A stretch of 64,000 nucleotides of DNA from Gonapodya sp. JEL0774 (lineage: Eukaryota): contig JADIIX010000018.1 of NCBI GenBank assembly GCA_027604505.1, forward strand, positions 1 to 64,000, read 5' to 3'. How positions within the stretch are numbered: position 1 is the first letter of the stretch; each line of letters opens with the position of its first letter. Both the position numbers and the translations under genes were made by a program. Shown piece by piece: positions 28,658 through 41,383 of this stretch. Under the pieces are notes generated by a model. That model did not search any database and had not been told where the DNA came from. It saw only the letters and a list, made by a program, of their open reading frames with translations.

Positions 28658-31600
28658 CTACGATCTAAAGTACTGTGCCATCGTGTGTGCAAACTCCATA
28701 ACTTGGGGGAACAATGCCCCCACAGAATCGTTGATAATGCCTTCAAAGTAGGCGATGGCTTCCTCCTCAGTGAGATCGAGACGAAACTTTTCTTGAACCT
28801 GTTTTGCAGCAAAGGTGAAACTGCTGGGACTTCGTGATCCCGCCCGAACAGCACGCTCACCTTCGCCACCGCTTTATCCGGCTCCATGGCAATATCTGGA
28901 AGTTTGGATTCAACCATGAGTGACATCAAATTCAAAATAAGATTCGCACTCCTGCGAATGGTGGTGAACGCAATGAAACAGAAATTTCTGAACTGCTGGA
29001 ACATGGGGGATTGGGTGCCACCCATGGCTTCCACCATTTCTGTGCATAATTTCATAGGAGGAGGGAATGGCTTGGGATCTCGGCCAAGGATGAAGGAGAA
29101 ATCGACATGGAAAAGACGGCCATCAGGTGTGAGGAGGAGGTTATCAAGGTGGCGGTCGCCGACACCCAACAAGTAGGTTACCACACAATAGCCGGCTTGG
29201 TGATGGGAAAGATCAGCGTTAGATGAAAGTAAACCTGGATCGCAGTCCCCAATCCAACACCTACCGCAACTACGAATATAGTTATCCATCGCATTCTTCG
29301 AGACACCAAATGTTTCTTCCGCTGTGTCGTCCCTGTTGTGTTCCCTCAGATAGTTGAGTAAGCTCCCGTTGTAATCCGCCAAGATGGTAGCAAGTGCCAA
29401 ATTGGGGATGAACTGGACCAACCCATGGTCAACACCAGTTGCCAGAACACGATATGGGGTCAGCCTCAGGTCCAAGTTCTCCTTGCGGAGCAAACGGTCC
29501 ATAAGCGTGATAATTTGAATGCAAAGTTGGTCTTGTCGCAGGTCATCCCCAGTTTTAAAAATGATCGGGTACTCGCTGCCGTCCGTACAGCGAAAGCTTA
29601 TCCGGAGTGGGCTCAACACGGACCTGAAGACTGAGGCGCGCTCGTGAATAATTCCCGTGACTTGTACGGAAGGGTCGAGAGGGAGAGAGAGGGGTGGAAA
29701 TGACACGAGCCCGTTTTTCGGGTCAGCGAGGATTGACTGGAGCCGAGCAACCTTCTTGCCGCGCGACTCCTTGCTGAATCGGATCTCCTTAGATATTCCA
29801 ACAAGAGAGCCAATGAGCTCACCCTGTCGACGCAAAGTATCGCGACGGTGGGTCCCATCCGAAGTCTGTCGAAAAGAGTTGCACGTTCTCACAAACTTGG
29901 CTACAATTCTCGGCATCTTCAATCTTAATCTACCGTTCAACGCACCTCAACAACTGTCCCAATAAACTGGTAGGCCGCCTTCGCATACAGCTTCCCCCAC
30001 ACTTTATCTTCGCACTCCACCATCAGGTACCAGTGAAACAGGTTGCCCAATACTGGGTTCCGGATGGATCGTGCAACGAGAAACTCAGCCAAAGGGGACT
30101 CAGAAACATCGGCAGCAGCAGAAAGACCCTCGAACTTGAGTGCTTGAACGAGTTGGACTAGGAAGAGTTGCAGGTCCTGCGATAGAAGACGAGAGCAACA
30201 TTTCCACCACATTTTGTCAATAATGGCGGAGTCTCGTCGAGCTTGACCCACCTCATCATCCGCCTTTCTCAACTGTGCTACGGCGAAGCCTCTTACTTGT
30301 CTATTCCCGACCCCAGGTCCTAGCATTTCCAAAGCATCCTCTACGCTCACCTCCCCCCACATTGGAAGTAAATCTGCCGCTTGGCGAGCTTCCACGGGAT
30401 CCGACCAAGCGACGCACTTGAGAAATTTTGTGGTAGCTCGCCGGTCCCGCGTGAGGTGGTACCGGAACTTCCAGATGAGGTCTTTCTCCTCGGAAGTAAG
30501 CGCATGGGAGGGAGGGTATTGCACGATTCGCTGACGGTGGCGGGTGGAGGGTGGAGAACAAGACAATGTAGTTATTTTCTCCGCACGTCTCAGAACACCT
30601 GCACTTTTCCCTTTCTACTCACGTTGAGCTCATCCCTTATCTTAGCATTCGGTTTCAAATCCCTATCCATCGGTCCGTTTCTATGGGACCTCACCAATCT
30701 TCTGTGCTTCGCCTCGTAAATGTTATCAAGGAACGCTTCAGGATCCGACACGACCACGATCTCGGCGTCTGCAAGGCGGGGAGCTGGAGGTGTTGGGTAC
30801 TCCTTGACAAGATCAGGAGGAGTGATAGTTCGGCAGTCGGTGGAAGAAAGATGCGGGGAGACAAGGAGGTACCCACCCTTTCATGGTAAACAAGGGGAAA
30901 GTCGAACTGCGGAAGGTCGATGTAGAGGTACAGGTTGTTTGAGGTCGCAATTTCTTTCTGGTGGATCCACACCCCGCAACGACCCGAATCGTAGAGATGA
31001 GCCGGTAAGCAGACAGGAAGGAGAATACATGAGAATAACCCACAGCGTTAATTTTTTCTATTTCACGGAAGGCGAGATTATCCAGCCAGTCCAACTTTTG
31101 AACATCACCTCGCTCGTATTTGCGCATAAGCTGCAGGAGGATTTAAGCGTTCACCGGTTTCTGTGTTGGTACAAACGCATTCACTATCAGACTGCAACAG
31201 CTCTTACCTTTTCTATGCGGTTCATTTCCCCTGGTTGGCCTGACGCATAGCCCGGTGTGGAGGATTCTACCCGCCCGTCGGCAGCCTTGCTGGTCCAGAT
31301 GAGGAGCTTGTGCTTTCCGGTTTTGAGGGTACTGAAAGAGTGATTAATCACATGACACTAAATAGCATCCCCATTCAAAACGGAGTTCACAGAGAATGTT
31401 CTTACTTGCTTGGGCCGAACAAGCGGAATGTGGTTCCGCCTAGCAGCCGGCTTTTGCGAGGAGCGTAAGGTTCGTAGACATTAATGACGAGTTGGGAAGT
31501 TAAAGGCAGATCGCAGAATCTTATTGGGAAGGTGAGCCATTCGTTCCAGCTGGTGCGGAAAGCATAGGTGTGTGATGTTGGAGGTGTGCTTCATTATTGA

Positions 31601-32138
31601 GAAAGCGGGAAAATGGCAAGACATACGCAAGTTTGTTGGTGAATGCCCTATATGATGTTCTGATGGGCTCGACAAGAGCTCGGTTCTCCGCCCATATCTC
31701 GCATGTCACAAAGAGCTCGGGCAAATCCGCGCTGAGTGGATTAAGAGCACAAGGTCCAAGAGTAAGAAAAGCTTCAGTGAATCACGCAGTAGTGAGCACA
31801 TGGACGGCACGAACAGGGCTGAAAATTTCAGAAATGGATCTTGGAGCAGGTGGAAGCTGTCCATCTTTTGTCGATTGCCCTCGAGAGATGCACTTTATGA
31901 GTTAAGCAGGAGGTAGGCATGACACTGTATTGAGTGAGAAGACCGAGATGCCAAGAAACTTGGTGAACGCCGTACATTTTCACCGAGACTGTGAGTTCGA
32001 GCTCCTGGTATGAGATGGGATCCAGTTTGCATACGGGGCTCCAGAAGTCTAAACTGCTCAATGAACACGAACGCTTGAATAGCAAAAAGTGAAATCCTTT
32101 GATTCCTGATCAGCACTCGTCTTTGGTGGGCCAGACAT
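28658..32138 (-). CDS. VPS34: Class III phosphatidylinositol 3-kinase Vps34
   Basis: Start MSGPPKTSADQESKDFTFCYSS|ELELTVSVKI, C2 domain (PIRTSYRAF..WNEWLTFP), LDWLDNLAFREIEKIN, helical domain EEKDLIWKFRY, kinase motifs IFKTGDDLRQDQL, YLLGVGDRHLDNLL, FHVDFSFILGRDPKPFPPPMKL, and C-terminus HTMAQYFRS*. Confidence 0.97.
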
Positions 32139-32239
32139 AAGCGGGGAGGGGAATGGAGCAGGGTGTTCGTTTGCGCTCTAAGTCACTGCCCAAATGCCAT
32201 TACATGTAACAACCTCCATAATAATACTACCTTGCAATC

Positions 32240-33275
32240 ATGTCCAGACACGCTCTGAATCTTGCATCTAACCACACAATAAGCAAAGCGTGCTCACGTC
32301 TGCCGCTGGGCCTCATGTCCTTCATCACCCCCTCCGTGCAAACGCATCGTCATCCTCTCAACACAAATGAAAGAAGATTCTCAACATCGTCACCTGTGAG
32401 AAATCTCATTCTTTCGCTATTTTCGCAAACTCATTGTAATGCATCGTGGGACGGCTTGGAATCTGCCCCACTGGGCCCTCTAACTTGTCGATGGGAAAGT
32501 CCTTTGAACCAGAGAGTTCATCGCGATCCATCTTCCGCCTCAATCCAATCTCTCGCGTCCTCAACCGTCGTATGGAGTTTCAAAACGCACTCTCTCTATA
32601 TCAAATCATCACCCGGCACGTTGAGGATTCCGGGAATCGAGCGTTTTTTATCGACAGTGAGCTACCCGTTGTCGTTCATCGAAAGACGTCAGGTTGCATT
32701 GCTTCTCCACTCCATAACCAAACCAACAAACCCAAATTCTCTGTTTGCATGATAGCTCTCAAACTTCCTGACACCTTCGAAACCTGGTTTAATCTCACGA
32801 CGCTCCACTTTTGGATGCTCTCCGCACGTGGCCGTGCAATAGGTGACCCCTGGAAAACCATGTCCCGCGACATGTCGGAAATTCTTTGGACAGACTGCGA
32901 AAAGAGACTCTATGAGGGAGGCGTCACCAACTTCACGCTCATCAATCGAGGTCTGAAAGACCTCGTTGCTGCGCACTACGGCCACCTCCTAGCTTACGAC
33001 GAAGGACTTGCAAAGGGTGACGCAATTCTTGCAGGAGCATTGTGGAGGTGTGTATTTTTCTTTCATTCTAATATTTCGTATGATGGATTATTAGGAGCTC
33101 AACAAACTCTCGACCAAGGAATCTCTTCGAGGGTTCACCGACCGTCCCGATCGCACCCATATCCTTGACTGTAGCCTATGTGCGCCGAGAACTCGTCAGA
33201 ATCGACGAAACTGATGATGGGGATCTGCTACGGGCAGCATTTGCGTTCGGGAAAGCGCGGTCGTACGAAATTTAG
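32240..33275 (+). CDS. CBP3: Ubiquinol-cytochrome c reductase assembly chaperone Cbp3/UQCC1
   Basis: LKLPDTFETWFNLTTLHFWMLSAR, YGHLLAYDEGLAKGDAILAGALWRNLF, VAYVRREL; Arg/Ser-rich N-terminus resembling a mitochondrial presequence. Confidence 0.9.
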
Positions 33276-33444
33276 AAGCTTAGAGACTCACGTGCTAGGA
33301 TCTTTATAATCTCAGGACATGATTTTGGATGCAATTTGCATCAAGTTCCATTGTTGTATTTCCGTTGATTCAACAAGTGCTGCGGCCATGTGATGAAGTC
33401 AATCCTCGGTCCTCCATTCAGTTATTTGTCTCAAGTTTCTCATC

Positions 33445-34145
33445 ATGCTTATCAAGGTACTGTTCTAAAGCGCTCATTCCAGCCCATCCTACCCGTCATT
33501 CTCACGTTTGCGCTGAACTTTGCATTTCCCTGTTTTCAGGTGAAGACCCTCACTGGACGCGAGGTCAGATTTCGTTATCGTGGGTCGGGTTTTCCACGTG
33601 TGTCCAGCAGACTTATTTCTTCTCTCGTTTTTGCCCTACCGTGAATTTGTTGACAATGGAAAAGATTGAGATTGACATCGAGCCTGATGACAAGGTGAAG
33701 AGGAAATGTCGTGTGGTGATGGGGGGTGCACTTTCCTGACATTCCTGTTATTTACATCGTAACATCACGTATCCTATACCCCGGTGTATGTCTGGATTAC
33801 GACACAGATCCGGCGCATCAAAGAACGCGTGGAGGAGAAAGAGGGAATCGCCCCCGACCAGCAGAGGCTCATTTTCGGTGGGAAGTGAGTTGCAAGTTGC
33901 ACGAGGGGCAGAAGCTCAATTCGCTGTGATATTGACGGTTGGCTGTTTTTTTCCTCACTTGGGTGGATTCCATTACAGGCAAATGTTAGTCTTTCTAGTC
34001 CGACCGGTGTTTATCCGGAATCAACTCACTCTAACAGGTTCTTTCATTCCACCACAACAGGACCGACGAGAAGACCGCCAGGGAAAGCGGAATTGAGAGC
34101 GGCAACGTATTGCACTTGGTGCTGGCGCTCAGGGGGGGACAGTAA
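33445..34145 (+). CDS. RUB1: NEDD8/Rub1 ubiquitin-like protein (6 exons including a 6-nt micro-exon)
   Basis: Spliced: [77 protein letters not shown]. Has the NEDD8-diagnostic MLIKVKTLT start and LALRGG (Ala72). Confidence 0.95.
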
Positions 34146-34228
34146 ATATTCTCTCGGTTGTGACGGCACGTAGACGTTCTACTGTAGGGCAATTATACAG
34201 TCTATGGTACATTTACTCAAACCATTTC

Positions 34229-34852
34229 TCAATGCTTTTTCTTCTTTGATAAGTAAGCGTCCAGCGCATCAACGTTTTGGCGCTTGTTCGTTAACTGTGG
34301 CTGATGTGAAGAGTTGTGCCTGGATTTCCCAATAGCGGAAAGTTTGCTGTCATCTTCTCGAAATCCGTGGTCCGATGGCTTTGAATGGGAAGGTTTGGAT
34401 TCGTCTGTAACCAGCATGATCAACGCGAGAGAAGACACACAGCACCTCGACAATTCATACCTCTTGCACTGCCATCTCCATCAGTTCCCGTGTTCATTGC
34501 TCTACCAAATTTCTCCGTGGAGCGATCCCCGACTTGCGTGAGCTTCTTCTTGAGCTCGTTATCTACCCACAAAGGCTTTGGTGAAGACTGCGGAGTAGCA
34601 CCCAACCCAAGCCTAAAACAAGATAGGGTAAGCCATGTTGCAACGGCTACAATCTAGCAGTTCATCGTGGCTCCTCGTACTGGAATCGTACCTATCCCCT
34701 TTAACCCCCACTGGCCTGGAGAGGGGCTCGTCCACCACATCGTCATCTGGCCAATCACCCGCGGCCCACGCCTCGGCCGTCTCGCGAGCTAGGCGTAAAG
34801 AAATGTCGATGCGAGCATGGAGGGTGGATTCGTCTTGATTTGGATCGGGCAT
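34229..34852 (-). CDS. Small charged protein, DUF3245-like (3 exons)
   Basis: IDISLRLARETAEAW..EPLSRP|RLGLGATP..NELKKKL..REDDSKLSAIGK..YLSKKKKH. The RLGLGA and EDSK/R..A motifs resemble this fungal family. Confidence 0.5.
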
Positions 34853-34937
34853 AGAAGGCTCATTGTTTGATACTTTGGAATCCTTGACCAAAGTGATAGT
34901 CCTCGGACATCACCGTAATAATATTCATCTTACTACT

Positions 34938-35726
34938 ATGATTCCCAATCCTCCCTCCTCGGTGCCCCCACCACCATCGTCGGGGCAATTTCCGCCTTCT
35001 CTAGCTGATAAGATCAGTCAGCTCACCCAACTGACACGCAGGGCGGCAGAACGCGCATCAGAAGCCGAAACAAAGATCAATCAACTTCAGAAATGGATTC
35101 ACGACCGTGGGGGTATGCCCAAAGCGGACGAAATGATCGCTAGAGGTAGTAACAAGAGAAAATTGGGCATGGTTTGGAGCGTGGAAGAAAATTTGAGTGT
35201 TCATTGGTGGCAGATACTACTGGCAAACTCGGTGACCTCGTACGGGAGAACCAAGCCCTGAACCAAGTTCTACGGGACTACGAGTCCGCATTGGAGATGA
35301 TTATGGTCAAGTTCCGTGCTCAAGCAGTGAGAAGTTCTTGTGAATGCTTCACCTTTAAATGCTCAGAAGCTCAGGATCTTCTACCCCAGAATTCCGCTCA
35401 AAGGGAGAAGAGGGACGTCGAAATACGAGCTGGTGCACTCCTTCAGGAAGAACGGGTCAGTGAATCTTGGGAGACTTTTGTTTCTTGTCTCACTTGGGTG
35501 CAATATTGACTCCACTATGCCTTCGGTGCGGATGCATTTCCAGCAAAAGAGCTTCATCCTCTCAGAAGAGAATGCGGCACTCCGTCAGCGGCTCAACCAA
35601 GCGATGGCAGTAATGCGGGATGCACTAGCAGCGGAAGAGAGCTCGGACGAGAATACGGTCCGCATAACGGCACTTCTTGAAGAGAACTTGGGTTTGCGGA
35701 GAATGCTAGGTATCGCTGGGCAATGA
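34938..35726 (+). CDS. SIKE/FGFR1OP2-family coiled-coil protein (STRIPAK-associated)
   Basis: LGDLVRENQALNQVLRDYESALEMIMVKFRAQA matches the SIKE core (IRELQQENKELRTSLEEHQSALELIMSKYREQ). C-terminal ITALLEENLGLRRMLGI. Confidence 0.75.
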
Positions 35727-35776
35727 CTCCTTTCATATTCATGTCCGGAGAATTTTTTTTCATTCAGCACAATGTA

Positions 35777-37002
35777 TTAGCTTTCTTTCTCGATACGCTG
35801 AAGTACACGTTTCCCGATGTCCAGGAACGCCTTGCCATATGGGGTGTCTGAATTGGCAAGAGTGACTGGTCGACCCTCGTCTGCACCAACCATGATTTCC
35901 CGGCGTATTGGAACATCACCCAGTAAGGGTACGCCTAATTGGGCGGCGACTTGCTCGACTCCTCCATCCCCAAAAATGTGTGTCGAGTGGTGGCAGTTGG
36001 GACACTCAAAGACCGACATGTTTTGCACGAGGCCAAGGATCTGCGAGCATTCATCACTCTTCCAACTTGTAGGAAGTATCGTATCAAACCAGAAAGGTCT
36101 CACCGGCACGTCAACCTTTTGAAACATGTCAACTCCCTTCTTCGCATCCAAGAGTGCAATGTCCTGCGGTGTCGACACAATCACTGCTCCTGTTAGTGGG
36201 ATCTGTTGCGTTATAGTCAATTGGGTGTCTCCAGTACCTAAAGGATAAGAGCTTCAATCGGTTGTCGGTGTCGGAGCACTAGTACAATTCAAGCACACCT
36301 GGAGGCATATCAATGACGAGAACATCATGTCCAGACCAGTCCACCTGCCGTATAAGTTGCTCTAGCGCTTTCATGATCATCAATCCACGCCAGACAACTG
36401 CAGAGCCTTCCTCTAAAAGGAACTGATGACCCAGCCAGAGTCAGTCGGCCGGGCAACTCAACTTTCATATCATAGCCACGCACAAAACACTCACACCCAT
36501 AGACATACACGAAATTCCGTAGTTGACCATGGGCCGGAGCATCTTCTCTGTGTGGGGGTTGCCAATCTCCAGAAATCAAGTTCCTCATCGAATGTTTACA
36601 CACCGCTCACTCTCCCGGTCGACCTCGGGTTTTCCACGCAGGTTCATCATCATGGGCAGAGAGGGCCCATAAATGTCCGCGTCCAGTAAGCCTACTCGCT
36701 TGCCTAGGAGAGAAAGTGCAATTGCGAGGTTGACTGCTAAAGTGGACTTCCCTACGCCTCCTTTTCCAGACTTTATGAAACGATTGCTGAGAACTTGAGT
36801 TCAATTTCTCTCCTCAGTTCGGATGTAAAATACGTACTGCAACAGCAATAGTGTGCCGAACTCCGTCAATTGGTTTCTTCTCTGGGAGTCCTCTCATCAT
36901 CCGCCTGAGATCCGGAGGGGGACTGGGTCCGCTCACAGAATGGCGGAGTTGACTCAGGAGTGCGACGGGGGAAACTGATTGTCCTGCTTTCAGAAGTCCC
37001 AT
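35777..37002 (-). CDS. IND1: Mitochondrial Mrp/NBP35-family Fe-S ATPase Ind1/NUBPL
   Basis: [101 protein letters not shown]. Confidence 0.93.
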
Positions 37003-37226
37003 GGTACTTTTGAAGTTCGAAAAAATATTTGCACTCCCGGCTAGAAGGAAGTCGAATTGGGGTCCAACCAAATGCACAAGCTGGGTTCAGGTAGGTCGTG
37101 AGAGTTGGTATTGTGCTTCCTAGGGGCTAGGGGATGGTTCTTGCGAACTAGGTTATGGTGCAAAGGTGTGTATTCAAGATTGTTGGTGCTGGGCTGCCTG
37201 GTGCGGTGTGGTACCGATCTTACTCG

Positions 37227-38170
37227 ATGGCTCGCCGACCACGAGAGTACGATGATGAAGATGATGAGAACGGCGAGGAGGAAGAAGATGAGTATGTGGT
37301 GAAGAGGATTCAAAATGAGGACGAGGGTGACGATGGTGAACTGATGTACCTTGTCGAGGTTGGTGGATCTTAGATTGGGTTCCATCCTTTGGTCAGCTAC
37401 TTAACACATTTTGCCAATCACTTACTGCAGTGGGAAGGATATCCGGAGGAGGAAGCATGGACTTGGGTGAGGGCTGTAGTTCGAGTCAGTAAGGGGCAAC
37501 TAACCGAACCGACAGTCGTTGGATTAGGAACCGGCGTCTAAGTTTAAGGGCATGGAAGTAGTCCGTATTTGGAAGCGATTAAGAGGAGGGAAGGCCGGTA
37601 AGCTCCACCTCTGCCATTCAAAGCGTATACGATAATATCGTTGACAGTCCCCTAACGTAGCTCAACCACCAGCCAAGAAAAGAGCGATATCACGAAGTCT
37701 CTCGAACTTTGAGCCAACGGAAGATGATAGCGAAGATTTAAGGCGGAGTTTTGTTGCTGCCTCAACAAGGAGGAAGTATAAAGGGCAGTTGGGGAAGGAC
37801 AAGATCCACGATGAAGAGAAATGGCCACCAAGGCCCGGAAACTGGGAAGGCGAGTCTCCCTTCTATCATTGTGCTTATTGTGTCCGGGAACTCATTCAGC
37901 TCCTGGCAACGCGCAAAATAGACAAGGCAGACATCTTGAACATTTATCAAGATCGCGAGACGAAAGAAATTGTCGCTCAAGTTCGATGGTTTTCAAACAA
38001 GAAAATATTCTCCGTCGACGTGGAAGTAACGTGAGTTCTCCTCCTGCCGTTCCTTTTAAAGTATGTGGACCTTCTCAATGATGCATTTTTTCAGTTATCA
38101 ATGTTGTCCCCAGAAAGTTTTGCGATTTTATCATAAGCACCTGATTAGTGCTGACAGAAGGGAACAGTAG
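37227..38170 (+). CDS. HP1/Swi6-like protein (chromodomain plus chromo-shadow domain); alternative ATG at 37155
   Basis: Acidic leader then EYVVKRI..LMYLVE|WEGYPEEEAWTW|EP, with aromatic-cage Y/W/Y present. C-terminal W..DILNIYQDRE..VRWFS..YQCCPQKVLRFYHKHL is chromo-shadow-like. Confidence 0.75.
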
Positions 38171-38272
38171 TTACAGTAATGTTTGCCTTGTGGTTGCATT
38201 TTTGTTCGCTCTGTAGTTTTTTGTGTGGTGGTCTCCAACTTTTGTTCATATTACCTCGAAGACGCGGCAAGG

Positions 38273-40663
38273 ATGAAAATCGCCATTGAAGGTGTTGACT
38301 GGGCTTTTTCAATTACCATTGTGTCTCAATTGGCTTCACGTGGTTCCACTTCCAGGATGTTGTCACGGAGAGCTTGATAAGATATACGGGACGCTGTCAC
38401 ACATCGAGCAGACGCAAGGCATTGTCATAGATCTACTTCTGATATGCGGCGACTTTCAGGTGCGTCATAACCGAGAGGATTGGTAGCTGCAGGCCCATAG
38501 CTCTTAGAATAATGGTTGCCGTCCATCTGCGACTTCACGGACCTTCAATATCAGTCCATTCGGAATGAGGGAGATATGGAAGCGATCGCATGTCCGCCGA
38601 AGTATCGGAGAGTGGGCACGTTCTACAAATACTACAGTGGAGAGCTCCGCGCTCCAATCCCAACAGTTTTCGTTGGGGGAAACCACGAAGCCTCAAACTA
38701 TCTTTGGGAACTGTGAGTCAGGGATGCCACCATACAGTCTCTCAATTCTCATCCGTCACTTCCAGGTATCATGGTGGCTGGGTGGCCCCGAACATATACT
38801 TCCTGGGGTGAGCATCCCAACAGTCGCAACTGATGGCAAGTTCTGACACTGGTGAACGTCATGACACGAAGTTTCGCGGGTGTCATAAACTTCGGAGGTA
38901 TTCGTATTGGTGGCCTTTCTGGTATTTACAAACAGAATCACTTCCACCTGGGTGGGTCTCCGCAAAATCGAGAACAGCGGAAGGAATATAACCCGACGAG
39001 ACGAACTTGCAGGCTACCAGGAGCGGCAACCGTACAACGAATCTGACCAACGCAGTATCTATCACATTCGGAAGTACAACATATTCCGATTAATGCAGGT
39101 ACGAATTCACAGGAGTTGACATAGATTGAGGAAAGTCATGTTCCTTCTTCGAACCTTCATTGCTTAGATCCAAAATCCTATGGATATTTTCTTGTCTCAT
39201 GATTGGCCACGAGGGATTGCCAACTTTGGGAATCACAAGAGGCTGGTGGCTCGACGGCCATTCTTCGCCGAGGAGGTCAGTATTTCCGCCGGAAGTCTCA
39301 AATTTACCGTTTGTACCACGACTGTTGGCATTCTTTCGTATCGTAGATACGAGCGAATCAGCTTGGGTCTGCACCATCGGAGGCACTTTTGAAACGTTTA
39401 CGTCCGTCCTACTGGTTCAGCGCGCACTTGCACGTGAAGTATGCTGCCCTGTATCCTCATCAAGAAAGCCAGGACTCTTCGGTGTCAGATGTGCTCGTTT
39501 CCTCACAAGTCTCTGCAGCCAACCCTGATGCCATTGACATAGGATTGGAAGAAGATGACGACGATGATGTGCGAAGTGACAAGGAGGTTGGAGTGACTCC
39601 GAATCCTGCGAGTGAAGGTCAGCTTGGGATATCAAAATATGTGCATTCTTCAAGTTTGGTCGCTCATTTGCCTGGGTTGTAACCCTTCCAAGATTCTACT
39701 CCTCTTCCACCGGTCGCCACACCAGTTGTGGACTCCTCTAATCCCCCAGTCAAAGTTACAAAGTTTTTGGCACTCGACAAGTGTCTTCCCGGTCGAGACT
39801 TTCTTCAGGTAATCTCAATTTCAGTGTGAAGGTCAGTGAGAGTCACCACAAGTATGATTGTGACGACAGGTCATCGACGTTCCATCCGACAATAATCTTC
39901 CTAAGGACTTCTATTATGATGAAGAGTGGTTGGCCATAATTAAGGCATGCAACGAGTTCTTGTCGCTGACGAGAGAACAGAAGCCTTTGCCGGACGAAGC
40001 AACAATACGAAAGTACGCGTGGTTCCCGTCGTGTCGTCATTGTCGAATCATAACTTAGTTTCACATGCAAATGTCTATTTGTTTAGGCGTGTTTCTGAGG
40101 AGAGGGCATGGGTTCAGGCGAACGTGGCTAACCGACCCGATGGGCTTCGAATTCCTCGTAACTTCCAGCAAACAGGGGCGCCGTACTCTCCGGGTATGCC
40201 TCTGTCAATTCGCGAAAAGGAGGATGCCAGTGAGTGGGACGAATCAGCTTGTTAAACATGTGTCCTGTCCATTCCGTCACAATGTATTGCTCCATTCGCA
40301 GTGCGTCCGTATCTCAACCCACAAACGTTCGAGCTTTGCGATATTCTCTCTATCAATAACAAAATTAACCCCACCGGGCAAGGGCCTGCGCCGCGACGCG
40401 CCCCCAGAGCTCCACCTCCACCACCCACGCCCCCCGAGACGGATTCTCCCCGACAAAAGGAATCCACAGGTGGCGAAACCACCTTGAAATTTGAGGGGCA
40501 TACAGAAAGCGGCCCCACCGTGAAATCAGAGGAGACTACGGAAGGGGACACCGCTGCTCTCGGAATCACGCCAGAGTCTACTGCAAACGCAGGTACGGAA
40601 CAGACTGTAAGTGCAGGGGCAACAACTGATGAAGGTGATACTGATGTAAAGAAGGAAATATGA
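38273..40663 (+). CDS. DBR1: RNA lariat debranching enzyme
   Basis: [104 protein letters not shown]. Confidence 0.96.
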
Positions 40664-40963
40664 TTTTGTGTGTCTGAATGAAGAATTGTGGCATTATTAC
40701 GTAAAATCCTCTACGTCACTGTCACCTGGCCTAATAAGTCTTCACCGCCGCCCAAAAAAACGGCGAGACTAATATATGGCGTTAGGATTTGCTAGCTCTC
40801 ATATGGGAAATGTTCGTAGTTCCAATGCTTCCTCGTGGTGAGGGACGCGGGACCAAATCCATTCCCATGTTCGGATTTTGGACTATCCTGCGTCGATCGT
40901 GGCGACTTGTCTGCATATTTTATGACAATTGTGAGTTGGTCATCAAGGAGTTATCGTAGTAGA

Positions 40964-41383
40964 TCACTTGCCTTCCCCCGGTCCTCGTAAAGCCCACTGC
41001 CGCTGATTATGGAACGCAAGTATGTCCTCGTTGTTTAAACGGAAGGTGTAGTTGTCAATCCAAGCAAGGAAGAATGATCCGTTAAATGAAGCCAGAACTA
41101 CGTTGTTTGAGTTATCGAGGATAGCAAATCCTGTTGGAGGGGGGACAACAGCATCTGCGTTGTCCAGAAAGTAGACGCGGGCGATGGCTGGAGAGAAGTT
41201 CTCGACTCGCGCTCGAGTATGCTCATTGATGCGAGTTTCACGAATCTTCTCGTTCTTGAGGTTGAAAGTTCCTTTGACTCCATGTCTGAACAATGGACAG
41301 AAACATGAATCTGCACCAAGTGGTTTGGCCACAAAAACTGGGTTTCTGGCGTGCCAAGTATGTAACTTGGTTCGCCGGTGCAC
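40964..41383 (-). CDS. Hypothetical protein, 3' exon of an orphan gene (upstream exons unresolved, possibly to ~41730)
   Basis: A globular-looking, beta-rich terminal ORF (GVKGTFNLKNEKIRETRINEHTRARVENFSPAIARVYFLD..FFLAWIDNYTFRLNNEDILAFHNQRQW) follows a TTCAG acceptor. No family recognised. Confidence 0.45.
   Translation of the reverse strand: MHRRTKLHTWHARNPVFVAKPLGADSCFCPLFRHGVKGTFNLKNEKIRETRINEHTRARVENFSPAIARVYFLDNADAVVPPPTGFAILDNSNNVVLASFNGSFFLAWIDNYTFRLNNEDILAFHNQRQWALRGPGEGK

Noticed and set aside
27977..37002. NUXM, CBP3 and IND1 within ~9 kb as a respiratory-chain gene cluster
   Set aside because: They are interspersed with unrelated genes in mixed orientation; plausible by chance in a compact genome without synteny evidence.
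40740..40910. Possible structured ncRNA or tRNA in the spacer downstream of DBR1
   Set aside because: No cloverleaf, A/B-box pair or snRNA signature found by eye; an Infernal/Rfam scan would be needed.
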